Shown: positions 11,831-24,730, counted from the stretch's first letter. The stretch: DNA of 64,000 nt from Octopus vulgaris (GCA_951406725.2 OX597816.1:159526001-159590000); one strand, 5' to 3'. The notes: generated from the sequence alone by a model not told the origin. A program made the numbers and translations.

Positions 11831-12544
11831 AATTGTCAGGCTCAGTCCTTTGAATTCTTATCTGTGAGAGAATTACTTGGGAATTACCTTAGAGATCTTG
11901 TGCTTCACCCTGAAATAACTATTTCAAATTTTTGCACATTACCAGTAATTTTAGTGGGAAAGAGTCAATTACATCGACATCATTATTTGATAAACACTTT
12001 ATTGGCCTCCAAAAGGATAAAAGGTAGTGCTGATCTTGGCAAGATTTGAACTTAGAATGTAAAAGACCAGGACAAATACCACAAAGATTTTGCCTATTAG
12101 TCTAATGCCTCTCTCAGCTTGCTTATTCTTATAAAAGACCACTGTAAAAATATGATGGCCATAATCACCCAGTACAAGCCGTTGAGGTTGGGCTGATAAT
12201 AAGGGTGTCTCTATATGGTATATATTTGGCTGATGTTCAGCTACAGGGCCAAAAGAACACTTTCAGAACCTCAGTTGGACTAAAAACAAGACTTGTAAAA
12301 AGGAGGGATGAACCTAGTGTAGGCTCAATGACTATCTAGCAATAGCATGACCCCTTTGAAATTCTGGGACAGTGTTTGATATGCTGGAAAACCACTAGGA
12401 GTGTGACACCTCTCAGCTTTTGTTAAAGCATCTCTCTGGAACTTGCTTCAAACCCAAGCTACATCTGTTCTGATAATTGGTGGTCTCAAATACAACTTCA
12501 ATTTCTATGCTCTCCAACATTGTTGGTTGTCCACCAATACATGA

Positions 12545-13032
12545 AATCAAAGTCGAAATCAAACTCAATTGCGAAGACCTGTTGAGGCAAGTGAAATTGA
12601 AATCAAACTCGGTGACTGGCATCCGTTGCTAGTGGAGCGCTAAGAGTACCATAAGAGTGAGATCGTTGCCAGAGCAACAAGCTGGCCTTAAAGCGTGACC
12701 GTTACCTGCATCGCCTTACTAGCACTTGAGCTGGTGGTACGTGAAAAAAACATTCGAGTGAGGTTGTTGCCAGTGCCGCTGGGCTTGCTCCTGTGCAGGT
12801 GGCACATAAAAAGCACCATTTGAGCATGGCCGTTGCCAGTACCACCTAACTGGCTTTTGTGCTGGTGGCACATAAAAGCACCCACTACACTCTCAGAGTA
12901 GTTGGCATTAGGAAGGGCATCCAGCTGTAGAAACTCTGCCAGATCAGATTGGAGTCTGGTTTGCCAGACCTCAGTCAAATCTTCCAACCCATGCTAGCAT
13001 GGAAAGTGGACGTTAAACAATGATGATGATGA
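12545..13032 (+). mobile_element. Family C (RTE 3'UTR-type) copy
   Basis: Repeated GTGC..GTGGCACATAAAA units, GGAAGGGCATCCAGCTGTAGAAAC, then GGACGTTAAACAATGATGATGAT. Confidence 0.8.
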
Positions 13033-13849
13033 TTCTTGAAAAAATTTGTCATTTAGCCTGAACATCTTGTAATACTAATACATACTCAGTAACTACTAAG
13101 CTCAATTCAATCAACTATATCTCTGTTTTAAAATTATAGCATTTACTTCACATCAATGTGGAGACTGGGGGAGGGTGAAGTTGTTGTGCTCATGTTTTGT
13201 AAAGAAAGCTGATGCAAGATAGTTCTAAGTGTGTGTTTGTGTGAGTGTGTACATGTGTGTGTGTGTGTCTGCTGAAATTTAGAAAAAAAAAGAAACGCTT
13301 CATTTGCAATGAATCTATCTCCAGGCACTAGCCACAACCCCCTTTTATTAATAATAAATGAGCCTCGATTGACGTCACAGAATATGAGTACAGACATACA
13401 CTTGCATGTTAGAATAAGTGTCAGTGTGTTTGTGCATGTGTGTGTGTATGTGTGTTAATCTGAATGTGTACATATGTTTACAGGTGTTATTACGCATGTG
13501 TGTACATGTGTGTAAGCATTGTGTGCATTCACTCGTCTGATTCTGTGCCTTCATGTACGTATGTAGCAGAATCTGTTTACGCATGATCTTCGTATTCATG
13601 TGTCCTGCTCACATGTTAATTTATATGCATTCACGCAACTGAGTACTAGACCTTCGTGTGCGTGTGCGTGTGTGTTTGTGCGTGCGTGTGTGTGCGTGCG
13701 CGTGTGATCTTTGATTGCAGTAAATCCCAATGCGGCTATGTCATTCTACGCCAAACAAGTTATCATATTGGAAAACAATACATTTTACTGAATTGCAGAC
13801 CAAATGTAATCATAGCAAATGTATGTGCATGTGTGTGAGTGTTTGTGTG

Positions 13850-14104
13850 TATGTATATATATATATATATATATATATAGACAGAGAGAGAGACATATAC
13901 ACATGCACATGCACACACACACACACATAGCATCATAGTATACATTATATATATATATATATATGTACACACTCATACACAGGCATACATTCATACAAAT
14001 ATATACATAAATATATATATGCCTCTGTGTGCGTGTTTATATGTATGTATCTATGTATGTATGAATATATGTGTCTGCATATACATATATATACGTACAT
14101 ATAA

Positions 14105-14157
<53 letters not shown>

Positions 14158-14179
14158 ATATGTGTGTGTATGTATATAA

Positions 14180-14269
<90 letters not shown>

Positions 14270-14360
14270 CTATATGCATACGTATACATGTATGTGTGTG
14301 CATGTGTGTATTATACATATTCATATATCTATCTATATATATATATATATATATACATGC
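13850..14360. repeat. Compound (TA)n/(GA)n/(CA)n microsatellites
   Basis: Read directly. Confidence 0.95.
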
Positions 14361-14788
14361 ATAGTAGACAGAGGCACATGTTACCTATTAACCTAAGCAC
14401 TATGAATTCACCTCATCTAAGCCAGCTATTTAATCATGGAGAGTGCCCTATGACTCAACAGTCAATGTTATGACTCTGTAAACCTATGTGAATGAAACAA
14501 ACAGGGGGGAATGAACTTTCAGCAGACCTCATAAAAAGAAAAAATGGAATATTAACCTTAAGCTACCAATTTACTGCAGGTATGGCTTAGTAGCTGAGAA
14601 GTTTGCTTTATAACCACATGGCCTCAGGTTCAGTCCCACTTCATGGTGTCTTGGTACCATTTTAGTATCATGGTACTTTTTAGTATAGCCTTGGCTGAGT
14701 AAAATCTTGTGAGTGGATTTGCTACATTGAAACTGAGGGAAGTTCATTGGTTATGTATATAGGTGTAGATGTGTGTGTATATATATAC

Positions 14789-15047
14789 AAAAATACAGTG
14801 TACATTTAAACACATAAGAGATGTCCATAACAGGACATCTGACTCGCTAGAAAGAGTAGTTAAACTACAAACCACTAATTGATGTAATTCTGAAAGGGAA
14901 TGAAAAATAAAAACATTTACCCTATTTTTCATTCCCTTTCAGAATTACAACTATTAGTGGTTTGTAGTTTAACTACTCTTTCTTTCTAGCAAGTCAGATG
15001 TCTTGTTATGGCCATCTCTTATGTGTTTAAATGTACACTGTATTTTT
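14789..15047. repeat. Long fold-back inverted repeat (about 120-bp arms, 13-nt loop)
   Basis: 14789-14909 is the near-perfect reverse complement of 14923-15047. Confidence 0.9.
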
Positions 15048-15160
15048 ATATGAATGATATATTGTCTATTGACTAGCTTTTTCCTCTCGCTAGACCACTG
15101 GTAGCAAAGAATTTTTCTAAATTTTTTTGCTACCCTAAGATTTATTTATATATATGTATA

Positions 15161-15390
15161 CAGGGTAGCCCAAAAGTAGGTTTACAGATATCATGTAGGC
15201 ACTTTGAATTTCTTTTAAAACATTTTATTACATTTAAATTTCAATCTTACAAACTTACAAAGGGAGCTTGATAAAATTAACTAAATTAGCATAGAATAAT
15301 GGTTTCATATTTGTTTTATAATTAAGATCTAAACTGTTCATATATGAATGTGAAACAGATAGTTGAATAACTGTGAACCAACTTTTGGGT
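15161..15390. mobile_element. Tc1/mariner-type MITE
   Basis: TA|CAGGGTAGCCCAAAAGTAGGTTTACAG on the left and CTGTGAACCAACTTTTGGG on the right; the right TIR end is overlapped by a SINE A head. Confidence 0.65.
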
Positions 15391-15594
15391 ATGGCTGTGT
15401 GGTTAGGGAGCTTGCTTCCTAGCTACATGGTTTTGGGTTCAGTCCCACCACGTAGCATTTTGGGCAGGTGTCTTCTGCTATAGCCCCAAGCTGACTGAAG
15501 CTTTGTGATTGAATTTGGTAGGCGGAAGTTACTGCCGTGTGCGTATATGTGTCTATAGGTGCTTGTGCCTCTTCGAGAGAGAGAAGGATATATG

Positions 15595-16008
15595 AAATCA
15601 AAATCAAATTCGATGACTGGCATCCGTGCTAGTAGAGCGCTAAGCACACCATTCGAGCGTGATCATTACCAGTGTCGCCTTACTGGCACTTGTGCTGGTG
15701 GCACATGAAAAAACATTCAAGCAAGGTCGTTTCTAGTGCCACTGGACTGGCTCCTGTGTAGGTGGCATGTAAAAAACACCATTTGAGCATGGCCATTGCC
15801 AGTACCGCCTGATTGGCCCTCGTGCTGGTGACATGTAAAAGCACCCACTACACTCTTGGAGTGGTTGGCATTAGGAAGGTCATCCAGCTGTAGAAACTCT
15901 GCCAGATTAGATTGGAGCCTGGGGCAGCCATCTGGTTCGCTAGTCCTCAGTCAAATCGTCCAACCCATGCTAGCATGGAAAGTGGACATTAAATGATGAT
16001 GATGATGA
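15595..16008 (+). mobile_element. Family C (RTE 3'UTR-type) copy
   Basis: Collinear with 12596-13032; (GAT)n tail. Confidence 0.8.
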
Positions 16009-16051
16009 TATATAAGCAATTATAGGGATAAGCAAATTAGACATCAAATAC

Positions 16052-16385
16052 AGGCATGACTATGTGGTAAGTAGCTTGCTTACCAACCACATGGTTCCAG
16101 GTTCAGTCCCACTGCATGGCACCTTGGGCAAGTGTCTTCCCAGGCTGACCACAGTCTTGTGAGTGGGTTTGGTAGACAGAAACTGTCTATATGTTTGTGT
16201 GTCTGTGTTTGTCCCCCCACCATCACTTGACAACCAATGTTGGTGTGTTTATGTACCTGGTACCTATAACTTAGCGGTTCGGCAAAAGAGACCGATAGAA
16301 AGAATAAATCCTGGGGTTGATTTGTTTGACTAAAGGCGGTGCTCAAGCATGGCCATAGTCAAATGACTGAAACAAATAAAAGAAT
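16052..16385 (+). mobile_element. SINE family A, near full length
   Basis: tRNA-like head with GGTTCAGTCCC B-box, CCTTGGGCAAGT core, and tail CATGGCCATAGTCAAATGACTGAAACAA. Confidence 0.9.
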
Positions 16386-17544
16386 GAATATGTATACATG
16401 CCAAATGAGAGAAAGCAAAATGTGGAAACTTTCAGATGATGAATGATGAATTTATATGTATAAATATATATATACACATATAAATAAGTCCATCTTATAC
16501 AGAATACAAATGACAGAGAAATTCAAAGGTGGGGAAGAAAGGTTTTGCAAGTCCAACAGCAATTTGCTGGGGCTTGGCAATCCATAATAATGGTGGTAGA
16601 TTCAGTCCATCACAAAATGCAGCCAGATGGATGCATTTAACATGAGGTGAGACAAGCCTCTCTCATCAGGGTAGAGAAGATCTTACATTTCAGGTCTTAA
16701 CGCAGAGAAGTTCAAAGATGGAATAATTAAATGTAGGGGAGCTAAGTATGTTAGAGGGGGGACTGAGTGGTATTAAGATATGGAATGAATAAGAGGTCAG
16801 TCTTGGCATGGTTTTTACAACAGGATACCCTTTCAAATGCCAACCACTTCACAGTGTGGACTGAATGCTTTTTATGTTGCACCAGCACCAGCAGGGTCAC
16901 CGAGTAACTTGCAAGACAAGGAATTTTGAGAGGAGCATTAGAGGAGAGGATTTTGTGTCAGATGATGAAGGATTAGAGTGTGACAGAGAGGCAGAAACAG
17001 ATGTCTTGGTATAGCGGAGGTCCATGGTTACCTGGCCAAGAGAGAGAGGAGAAGTAACAAGGAAGAGGACAGAAGCAGGTGTACTGCTGTGTGTATATAT
17101 ATATATATATACAATAATAATAATAAGTATGAAGACTTGTATATCTACTATTTTTATTTTACATTTATATACACCATATTACAATGGCCTATACATTTCC
17201 ACTGCAGTGACTACACATTGTTGCGGATGCAAGCTTGCAATATTGTCAGTGCAGTTTCATCAGGGTTTGTCTATTTGGTCTTTTCGAAGTGAACTGGTTG
17301 AAAAAAGTTTTTGTCAATTAATATTCTGTAGAAGGTAGGGGTGTTGCTATTTATAGTGACAAGAACCTGACCTAGAACTCACCTCTGTTGTTGACAGAGG
17401 TTTCAGCTTGGTCTTAAAATAGGTCAAGGCTGGAATCTTGTTTTTGTAATGCTCTTGTTTTATTAGTTATGTGTGCTTTTAATAGTTATGTATGTTTTAA
17501 TAGTTATGTGTGCTACCTTTGGTTCTGAGTGCAGTGTTTGCATT

Positions 17545-18262
17545 CTTTTATTCTTTTATTTGCTTCCAGTCATTTGACTGCAGCAATGCAGGAGCATCGC
17601 CTTTTAGTTGAAGAAATCGACCCCAGGACTTATTCTTTCTAAGCCTAGAAGTTATTCTATTGGTCACTTTTGCCAAGCCGCTAAGTTACACGGACGTAAA
17701 CACACCAGCATCGGTTGTCAAGCAATGGTGGGAAGACAAATACACACACACACACGATGGGCTTCTTTCAGTTTCCATCTACCAAATCCACTCACAAGGT
17801 TTCGGTCGGCCCGAGACTATTTCACTGCCCCCACTCCCCCACCCATTTCAGTCATTTGACTGTGGCCATGCTGGATCAAATCGACCCCAGGACTTATTCT
17901 TTGTAAGCCTAGTACTTATTCTATCGGTCTCCCCCGCCAAACCACCAAGCTATGGGGATGCAAACACACCACCATCGGTTGTCAAGCGATGTTGGGGGGA
18001 CAAATACAGACATGCAAACATATACATATACACGACGGGCTTCTTTCAGTTTCCATCTACCAAATCCACTCACAAGGCTTTGGTCGGCCCGAGGCTATAG
18101 TAGAAGACACTTGCTCAAGGTACTACGCAGTAGGACTGAACCCAGAACCATGTGGTTGATAAGCAAGCTACTTACCACACAGCCACTGCACAAGGTGTCA
18201 CACAGTGGGACTGAACCCAGAACTATGTGGTTAGTAAGCAAGCTACTTACCACACAGCCAGT
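17545..18262 (-). mobile_element. Two SINE A copies in tandem, the second with a duplicated head
   Basis: Tail-to-body copy at 17545-17820 and a second copy at 17846-18262. The head segment is repeated at about 18115-18186 and 18190-18260. Confidence 0.85.
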
Positions 18263-18613
18263 CCTAGAAGTATTTTTGTTTAAATTCATTTTTTGGTGTT
18301 TGGTTACTACTTTACTTTATTAGTATTGTATATTGCATAATGTATTCATTTAAATTGTCTAAAAGTTCATTTGTGTGTGTGTGTAGACATCTCAGTGCAT
18401 GTTGTTGTCTGTGTTTATTAATGTGTATTTTGTAGTAAATATTTGGTAAAGCTCTGAGAGTAGGGACATGGAATTACCCAACAGGAGAATTTACCAGTGA
18501 CTAACAATTCATTGGCTACTGACTGTTGTGGTTAGCCAACATCTGGAACCAAGCAGAGAGCTAACACAATATCTACCTGGATAATATATCCCAACAAACT
18601 CACTTTTATATAC

Positions 18614-18674
<61 letters not shown>

Positions 18675-18675
18675 G

Positions 18676-18827
18676 CAGTGGCAGACTGGGTCTAAAAATA
18701 TTGGTTGCCAGGAGACTAAAGGGGCCCAACCACAACTACGGTGCTATCATTTAATTTTTTTTTTGTTAAAAGTATTCTTTTAACAAAAGAATACATGGGC
18801 TCCCATATATGGATTCTAATGGCACTG
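18676..18827. mobile_element. hAT-type MITE
   Basis: CAGTGGC...GGCACTG termini with an 8-bp TSD TATACAGG/TATACAAG (7/8). Confidence 0.6.
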
Positions 18828-19042
18828 TATACAAGCACGCATGCAAGCAAGCAATCACAGAGTTTTAGTAGCATATAGATATATATTCAAATCAAAAGTT
18901 GAACATTAAGAGTTGGAATTTAAAATAACAATAACAAATGCAAGCAGACATACACATGGAATGTAAATAACAATAACAAGACGAGAAGACATACACATGG
19001 AATGTATTTGTTCAACACTCAGGAAAGGTGGAAAGAAATATA

Positions 19043-19191
19043 TGGCATTAAGAAGGGCATCCAGCTGTAGAAACACTGCCAGACCAGACTGGAGCCTGGT
19101 GCAGCCTCCTGGCTTCCCAGATCCCGGTCGAACCGTCCAACCCGTGCTAGCATGGAGAACGGACGTTAAATGATGATGATGATGATGATGA
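19043..19191 (+). mobile_element. Family C 3' end
   Basis: GAAGGGCATCCAGCTGTAGAAAC...GGACGTTAAATGATGATG. Confidence 0.85.
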
Positions 19192-19242
19192 TATATATAT
19201 ATGTGTGTGTATAAATATATATGTATTTCAACAGAAATATCA

Positions 19243-19630
19243 TTTCTACTATAGGCACAAGGCCTTAAATTTTGAGAGAAGGTTCTAGTCAATTACATTG
19301 ACCCCAGTATTCAACTGGTACTTATTTCATTGACCTCCTCTAGGATGAAAGGCGAAGTTGACCACAGTGGAATTTGAACTTAGAATGCAAAGATAGAATA
19401 AATGTCACTAAACCTTTTGTCTGGCATGATAACAATTCTTTTCTACTTTAGGCACAAGGGCCAGTTGATTAGATTGACCCCAGTACAGAACTGGTACCTA
19501 ATTTATCGACCCTGAAAAGATGAATGGCAAAGTCGACCTCAGCAGAATTTGAACTCAGAATGTAAAGATAGACGAAATACTACTAAGCATTTTGCCCAGC
19601 ATGCTAACGTTTCTACCAGCTCACTACCTT
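19243..19630 (-). mobile_element. Two SINE family B copies
   Basis: Reverse complement of the B consensus (GAGTTCAAATTC...TTTCATCCT...AAGTACCAG...GGCCTTGTGCC) appears twice. Confidence 0.85.
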
Positions 19631-19871
19631 ATATTTCAACATAAATATAGAAGCAAGAAGGTTAAACGACCTCATCACACCTGTAAGAAGTACAGGTAGA
19701 GTATATGAGAGGGTACATATAAGTCTATTGAGGTTTCCTATGTATAATAAACCATCATTCACTCTCACCATTTATCCAATTCTTGATATACATTACTATC
19801 TCACCCTTGTCCTCTCAAGTACTGGCACCACAGAAAAATGTACCCAGTACACTCTGTTAAATGTCCTGGAA

Positions 19872-20157
19872 CTCCATTGGTTGCAATGAGTGTTCCAGCT
19901 GATCCAATCAACAGAACAGCCTGCTCATGAAATTAATATGCACATCCTTATTGTAGTTCTCAGGGAGATTCAGTGCAACACAGAATGTGACAAGACTGGC
20001 CCTTTGAAATACAGGTACTACTCATTTTTGCCAGGTGAGTGAAGTGGAGTAATATGAAATAAAGTGTCTTGCCCAAGGACACAATATTCCACCAGGTTTT
20101 GAACTAACAACCTTACAATTGTAAACCAAATACCCCAACCATTAAGCTACATACCTC
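19872..20157 (-). mobile_element. tRNA-derived SINE family D
   Basis: Minus strand head GTAGCTTAATGGTTGGGGTATT...GTTCAAAACC...GTGTCCTTGGGCAAGACACTTTATTTC. A related tail fragment lies at about 51850-52050. Confidence 0.7.
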
Positions 20158-20594
20158 AACTCTTCACTCTGTTAAATGAAGGGTTGTGAAGATATATTAG
20201 TCTTTTCAAAAACATATAACAACCTCTCTAGAGCTGATGCTGTGGAATAATGTAACCAATCTGTAAAGTTGTTGGTTTTAGGAAGGACATCTAGCCATAG
20301 GAACTTATCCAGAAATGAAACTTAGAGCAAAATGTGGTCTTCCCAATCCAGAGACATAAATGACCCATCCTCCAAGCCATCGAAAGCAGATGTAAAATGA
20401 CAACAATGGTATATATTTATATGTATTCATATATGCATGTATTTATGCATGTGTGTATTTATGTATGCATGTATGTATGTGTGTAAGTAAATATTGTGTG
20501 TGTGTGTGTGTGCTCATGTGCATATATATGCAATATACACAGTTAGGAAATGTAAATGGTCTTACAATAGTAAAGAAGCTAAAAATGATGAAGT

Positions 20595-20749
20595 GATGGA
20601 GATGGATGGATGGATGGATGGATAGGGAGAGAGAGAGAGAGAGGAGGAGGAGATAAAGAAAGAGATAGGTAAATAGATAGATAAATATAGAGATAGCTAG
20701 ACAGACAGACAGGCAGGCAGGCAGACAGACAGACAGACCGACAGACAGG

Positions 20750-20819
<70 letters not shown>

Positions 20820-21505
20820 TTGAGACAGATAGATATTTGGGTAGAATCACAGACAGATAAATAGAAAGAGAGGTGGGGAGGCATGTAGTTGTGTAAATAA
20901 CTAGGGAGGTAGGTAGAGAGGTAGGTAAAGGACAAGTAGGTAAATAGGTAAATAGGTAGGTAGTTAGGTGGAAAGGTAGGTATAGGGGGATGGGTAGACA
21001 TGTAGGTAGGTTAGTAGGTATGTAGACTATTACGTAGGAAGATAGGCAGGTAGAAAAACATGCAAATAGGTAATTAGATACATAGATTGGAAGATAGGTG
21101 GGTAGGAGGTAGATTTATTAGTAGGCATATATGCAGGTAGATAGATAGATAGATAAGGTTCTTTATTGGCCACACAGGGCTGCACACAGATGGGACAAGT
21201 TACAAGGTAGAGCTTTTCTTTTGGGGGATGAAGAGAACAAAAAACAAAAGAAAAAAAAAGGGGGGGGGGCGTAGGTTTTCGATCAAGAGGGATCGTAAAA
21301 GGGAAGAAAAGAACAAAAACAAAAACAAAGATAGATAGATATGTTAATTGGTACATAGATACATTCATACATTGAAAAGTATGTGTACATGTAAGTAGGT
21401 AGGTAGGTAAGTAGGTAGGTAGGTAGGTAGGTAGGTAGGTAGGTAAGTAGGAAGGTAGGTAGATGGTGGGTAAATAGATAGACAGACAGACAGACAGCCA
21501 GACCA

Positions 21506-21571
<66 letters not shown>

Positions 21572-21740
21572 GTGTAATTGGTACATAGATACATTTATAC
21601 ATTAAAAGGTATGTGCACATGTATGTATGTATGTATGTATGTATGTATGTATGTATGTATGTATGTATGTATGTAGGTAGGTAGGTAGGTAGGTAAGTAG
21701 GAAGGTAGGTAGATTGTGGGTAAATAGATAGATAGACAGC

Positions 21741-21777
<37 letters not shown>
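20595..21777 (+). repeat. GATA/GGTA/GACA tetranucleotide field with a tandem duplication of about 230 bp
   Basis: The unit TAATTGGTACATAGATACATT.ATACATT.AAA.GTATGTG.ACATGTA...GTGGGTAAATAGATAGA occurs at about 21345 and 21575. Confidence 0.85.
21155..21330 (-). mobile_element. Probable LINE (L1/Tx1-like) 3'UTR inserted in (GATA)n
   Basis: T-rich UTR ending CCCTGTGTGGCCAATAAAGAACCTT then (ATCT)n; GATA repeats on both sides. The clade is inferred only. Confidence 0.45.
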
Positions 21778-22527
21778 GTTCAGGTAACTTGTGCAGGAGA
21801 GGTTTCACTATTTGGTGTCACTAAATTCTAAATTCTTAGACCTGAGCATGTCACTATTTCAGTTAATATATTTTGCACTTCTGTCACTCTCTGCCTTCAG
21901 ACGACAACTACTGCTGCTATTGCAGTTGCTGCTGCAGCTGCTGCAGTTTCTGCTGCTCCCACTATTACTCCCACCACCACCACCTCTACCGCCACCATAG
22001 CTGCCGCAACCACCATCGCCGCCGCTGCTGTCACTTAACTATAGCTTTCACCACAAAATCTACCACTACTTGTACTACTACTAAAGCTGCCGTCACCACC
22101 ATCACCGCATTCACCTTCCCCCCATTACCCCGCCAGACATCAGCATGAATAACATCCGCATCATTCATAACCGTAAACCGAACAAACGCTCCCCGATGTC
22201 ACCAACTACCGATGCAATTTATATGAGTGAAGTGTGGATGGAGTGCAGAGTGCAGAGTGTGGAGTGTGTCTTCTGGCAGCGAGTAGAGTGACACCTAACT
22301 CATCTCCCTATAGTTTCGAATGGTCTGTCACGTTTATTGCACCTGAGTGCAGCAGCACTGCTAAATATCACCTACAGCAGGGGGAACCCCAACGTGGTGG
22401 TTCGATTTGCAGGAAAGAGAGCAACCAAATGATCTCAGATCGGCCTCGACTGTTTTAAAGAAATGGAAGGATACCGATAGCAAAAACACTACTACTAGAT
22501 ATGTGGTACAGACAAGTGGAGAGTACT

Positions 22528-22534
22528 GTTTCTC

Positions 22535-22571
<37 letters not shown>

Positions 22572-22985
22572 GTCGGTTGTTGGTTTAGCTTCTCTCTATT
22601 TGTTTTCCTGTCTCTCTCTTTCTGCCTGCCTGCCTGTCTGTCCCTCTCTCCCTCTCCCTCTGTCAGGTTACTTGTTTGCCTGTCTATCTGTCTCTGTCTC
22701 TCTTTCGTTCTTGCTCTCTCTCTCTCTCTCTCTTTCTCTCTGTCAGGTTTCTTTCTTTCTGTCTACCTGCCTCTCTCTTTCTCTTTCTCTCTTTCACTCT
22801 ATCAGGTTTTCTTTATTTCTGTTTGTCTCTCTCTATTTTTCTCTTTCTCTCTCTTTCACTCTGCCAGGTTTTCTTTCTTTCTCTTTGTCTCTCTCTCTCT
22901 ATATTTTTCTCTTTTTCTCTCTCTGTTAGGTTTCTTTCTTTCTGTTTGTCTGTCTGTCTCTCTCTATATTTCTTCCTCCCTCTCT
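22528..22985 (+). repeat. CT-rich repeat with recurring TCAGGTTT units
   Basis: Degenerate unit of about 60 bp, (CT)n-TGTCAGGTTT, repeated about 5 times. Confidence 0.75.
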
Positions 22986-23219
22986 AACATCTATAAAATC
23001 TGTCATCTCTCTGCTGTACTCCTAATGTTGTACACCACTCTTCTCATTCCCACTCACATTCTTCTACTCCCACTATCCTCTCCCTTTTATATTCATTCAC
23101 GTACCCTGTTCATCATCATCATCATCATCGTCGTCGTCTTCACCAGTGTCATTCTTGTCACCATTATTATTATCATCAGCGTCGTCCTTGCCAGCTTATC
23201 GACGTCGTCATCGTCGTTG

Positions 23220-23264
<45 letters not shown>

Positions 23265-24109
23265 CCACTATTGTCATCCTCATTACCGCCGTCATCGTTG
23301 TAATCATCGTTGTCGTCGTCATCATCATCATAATCGTTGAGTATGTTTGCAGCTGTGGAAATAGAGGTGATAAGAATGATATTTGATATTGATTATGGTA
23401 GTGGCGGCGGCGGCGGGTGTAGTGTTGGTGTTGGCGGTGTTGGTTTCAATGATTGGTGTTGATGGTCATGTTTCCACTTGTGGTGCCATTGGTGCAGGTG
23501 TTGATGGTGGCAATTTCTAGTAGTAGTAGTAGTAGTAGTAGTAGCAGTGGGGTGGTGGGGGTGGCGGAGGTGGCAGCAGCAGCAGCAACAACTAGTAGTA
23601 GTAGTAGTTCTAGAAGCAACAGCAGCAGCAGCAATGTTGGTGACAGTGTTGAAGGTAAAATGGAAAATTCCAATATATTCGTCCAAAGCTATGGAATGAT
23701 TTACCTGAGAAAAAATACCTTTTTTTTCCCCCCTTTCCTCTGTTGACAGTTTTGTTCTCCATTTCAGGGAAAGAAGAACAAATATAGTTTTTACCTTTAT
23801 AATTTATGTCAGTGTAATGCATTAATCATTTATTATTTATCATATATCATTCATCCATTAGAGTCTGTGAGTGAATCAAGACATTGTTGGAGAAAAGTGT
23901 GCAATGGAATCAAAGTAGTGCATTTGATCTTGTGGATATTGAGATTAAAAGAGGAATGGCAATGTTACTACAAGAGGAGACCACATGGGGAAAAAAGAGA
24001 ATGGACTACGCAAAGAGTGAAGTCTAATGTTTTCAATAGAATTGTTGAGATTAATTGAGACTCTTGCCTCTCACAACATAAAAACATTTCTCATGGCAGC
24101 AGCTGACAA

Positions 24110-24730
24110 AAATAAAAAAGGCGTTACCCTGGAGGATAGCAAGGGAGATGTGCTGAAACAGCTACTCTGACACATGGGGATAGTAATCTCTGCCCTGATA
24201 ACGATGGGCAAGTATATGGTTCGGGGTGGGGTGTAGTGGTGCTAAGAATGCTGGAGGTCTCAACTGTCACAGGCTTAACCAGAAACCTGTCAGAGAGCAT
24301 CAGATACTTTGAGAGTTTGTTTTTCTCAGTTGCCACTGGAGAAGGTGTCACAGCATGTGGCATTCCAGATGAGGGACTTACACCCAAAGAATGAGAAAAT
24401 CGTCATACGGTCTGGCTTTCTACCATCTCCTCAGTCTAGCCCCACTGGTTTGAGCTGGGAAGGAAAGCCTGTGGCATCTAGGCCAGGCTTTGTGATCTTA
24501 AGGGTGACTTAGCATGGAAGGTGGCCAACACTGACAGCAGGACAGTGGGTGAAGACCAAAAGAATCCACAGTGGATCTGCTGTGGTATTCATGTAAAGCA
24601 GACCTAACAGAGGGACCAGTTATTGAAGTTGCCATGTGAATGATCAAAAGCATGCTTAAACCTATTAAGACATGGAAAGCTGCAAAAGCATTAACCTCTC
24701 TGATCCCAACCTACTTGAGACTGCCCAAGT
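24110..24730 (-). mobile_element. CRE-like non-LTR retrotransposon, RLE C-terminal remnant
   Basis: GDGRKPDRMTIFSFFGCKSLIWNATCCDTF, EKNKLSKYLMLSDRFLVKPVTVETSSIL and QHISLAILQGNAF. These match the CRE-type DGKRPDG..W..GK.L.WDATC.DT / E..K..KY / P.AVET.G / QR.S.A.QRGNA motifs. Confidence 0.75.

Noticed and set aside
12410-12535. Possible RT fragment (KFQRD resembling GIFQGD)
   Set aside because: Similarity too weak to support.
16650-16680. Minus-strand CTGATGAGAGA...TCTC hammerhead-like start
   Set aside because: No GAAA follows stem II, and no stems I or III are seen.
22407-23340. 298-aa hydrophobic ORF resembling a membrane protein
   Set aside because: Derived from (CT)n and (CAT)n low-complexity DNA.
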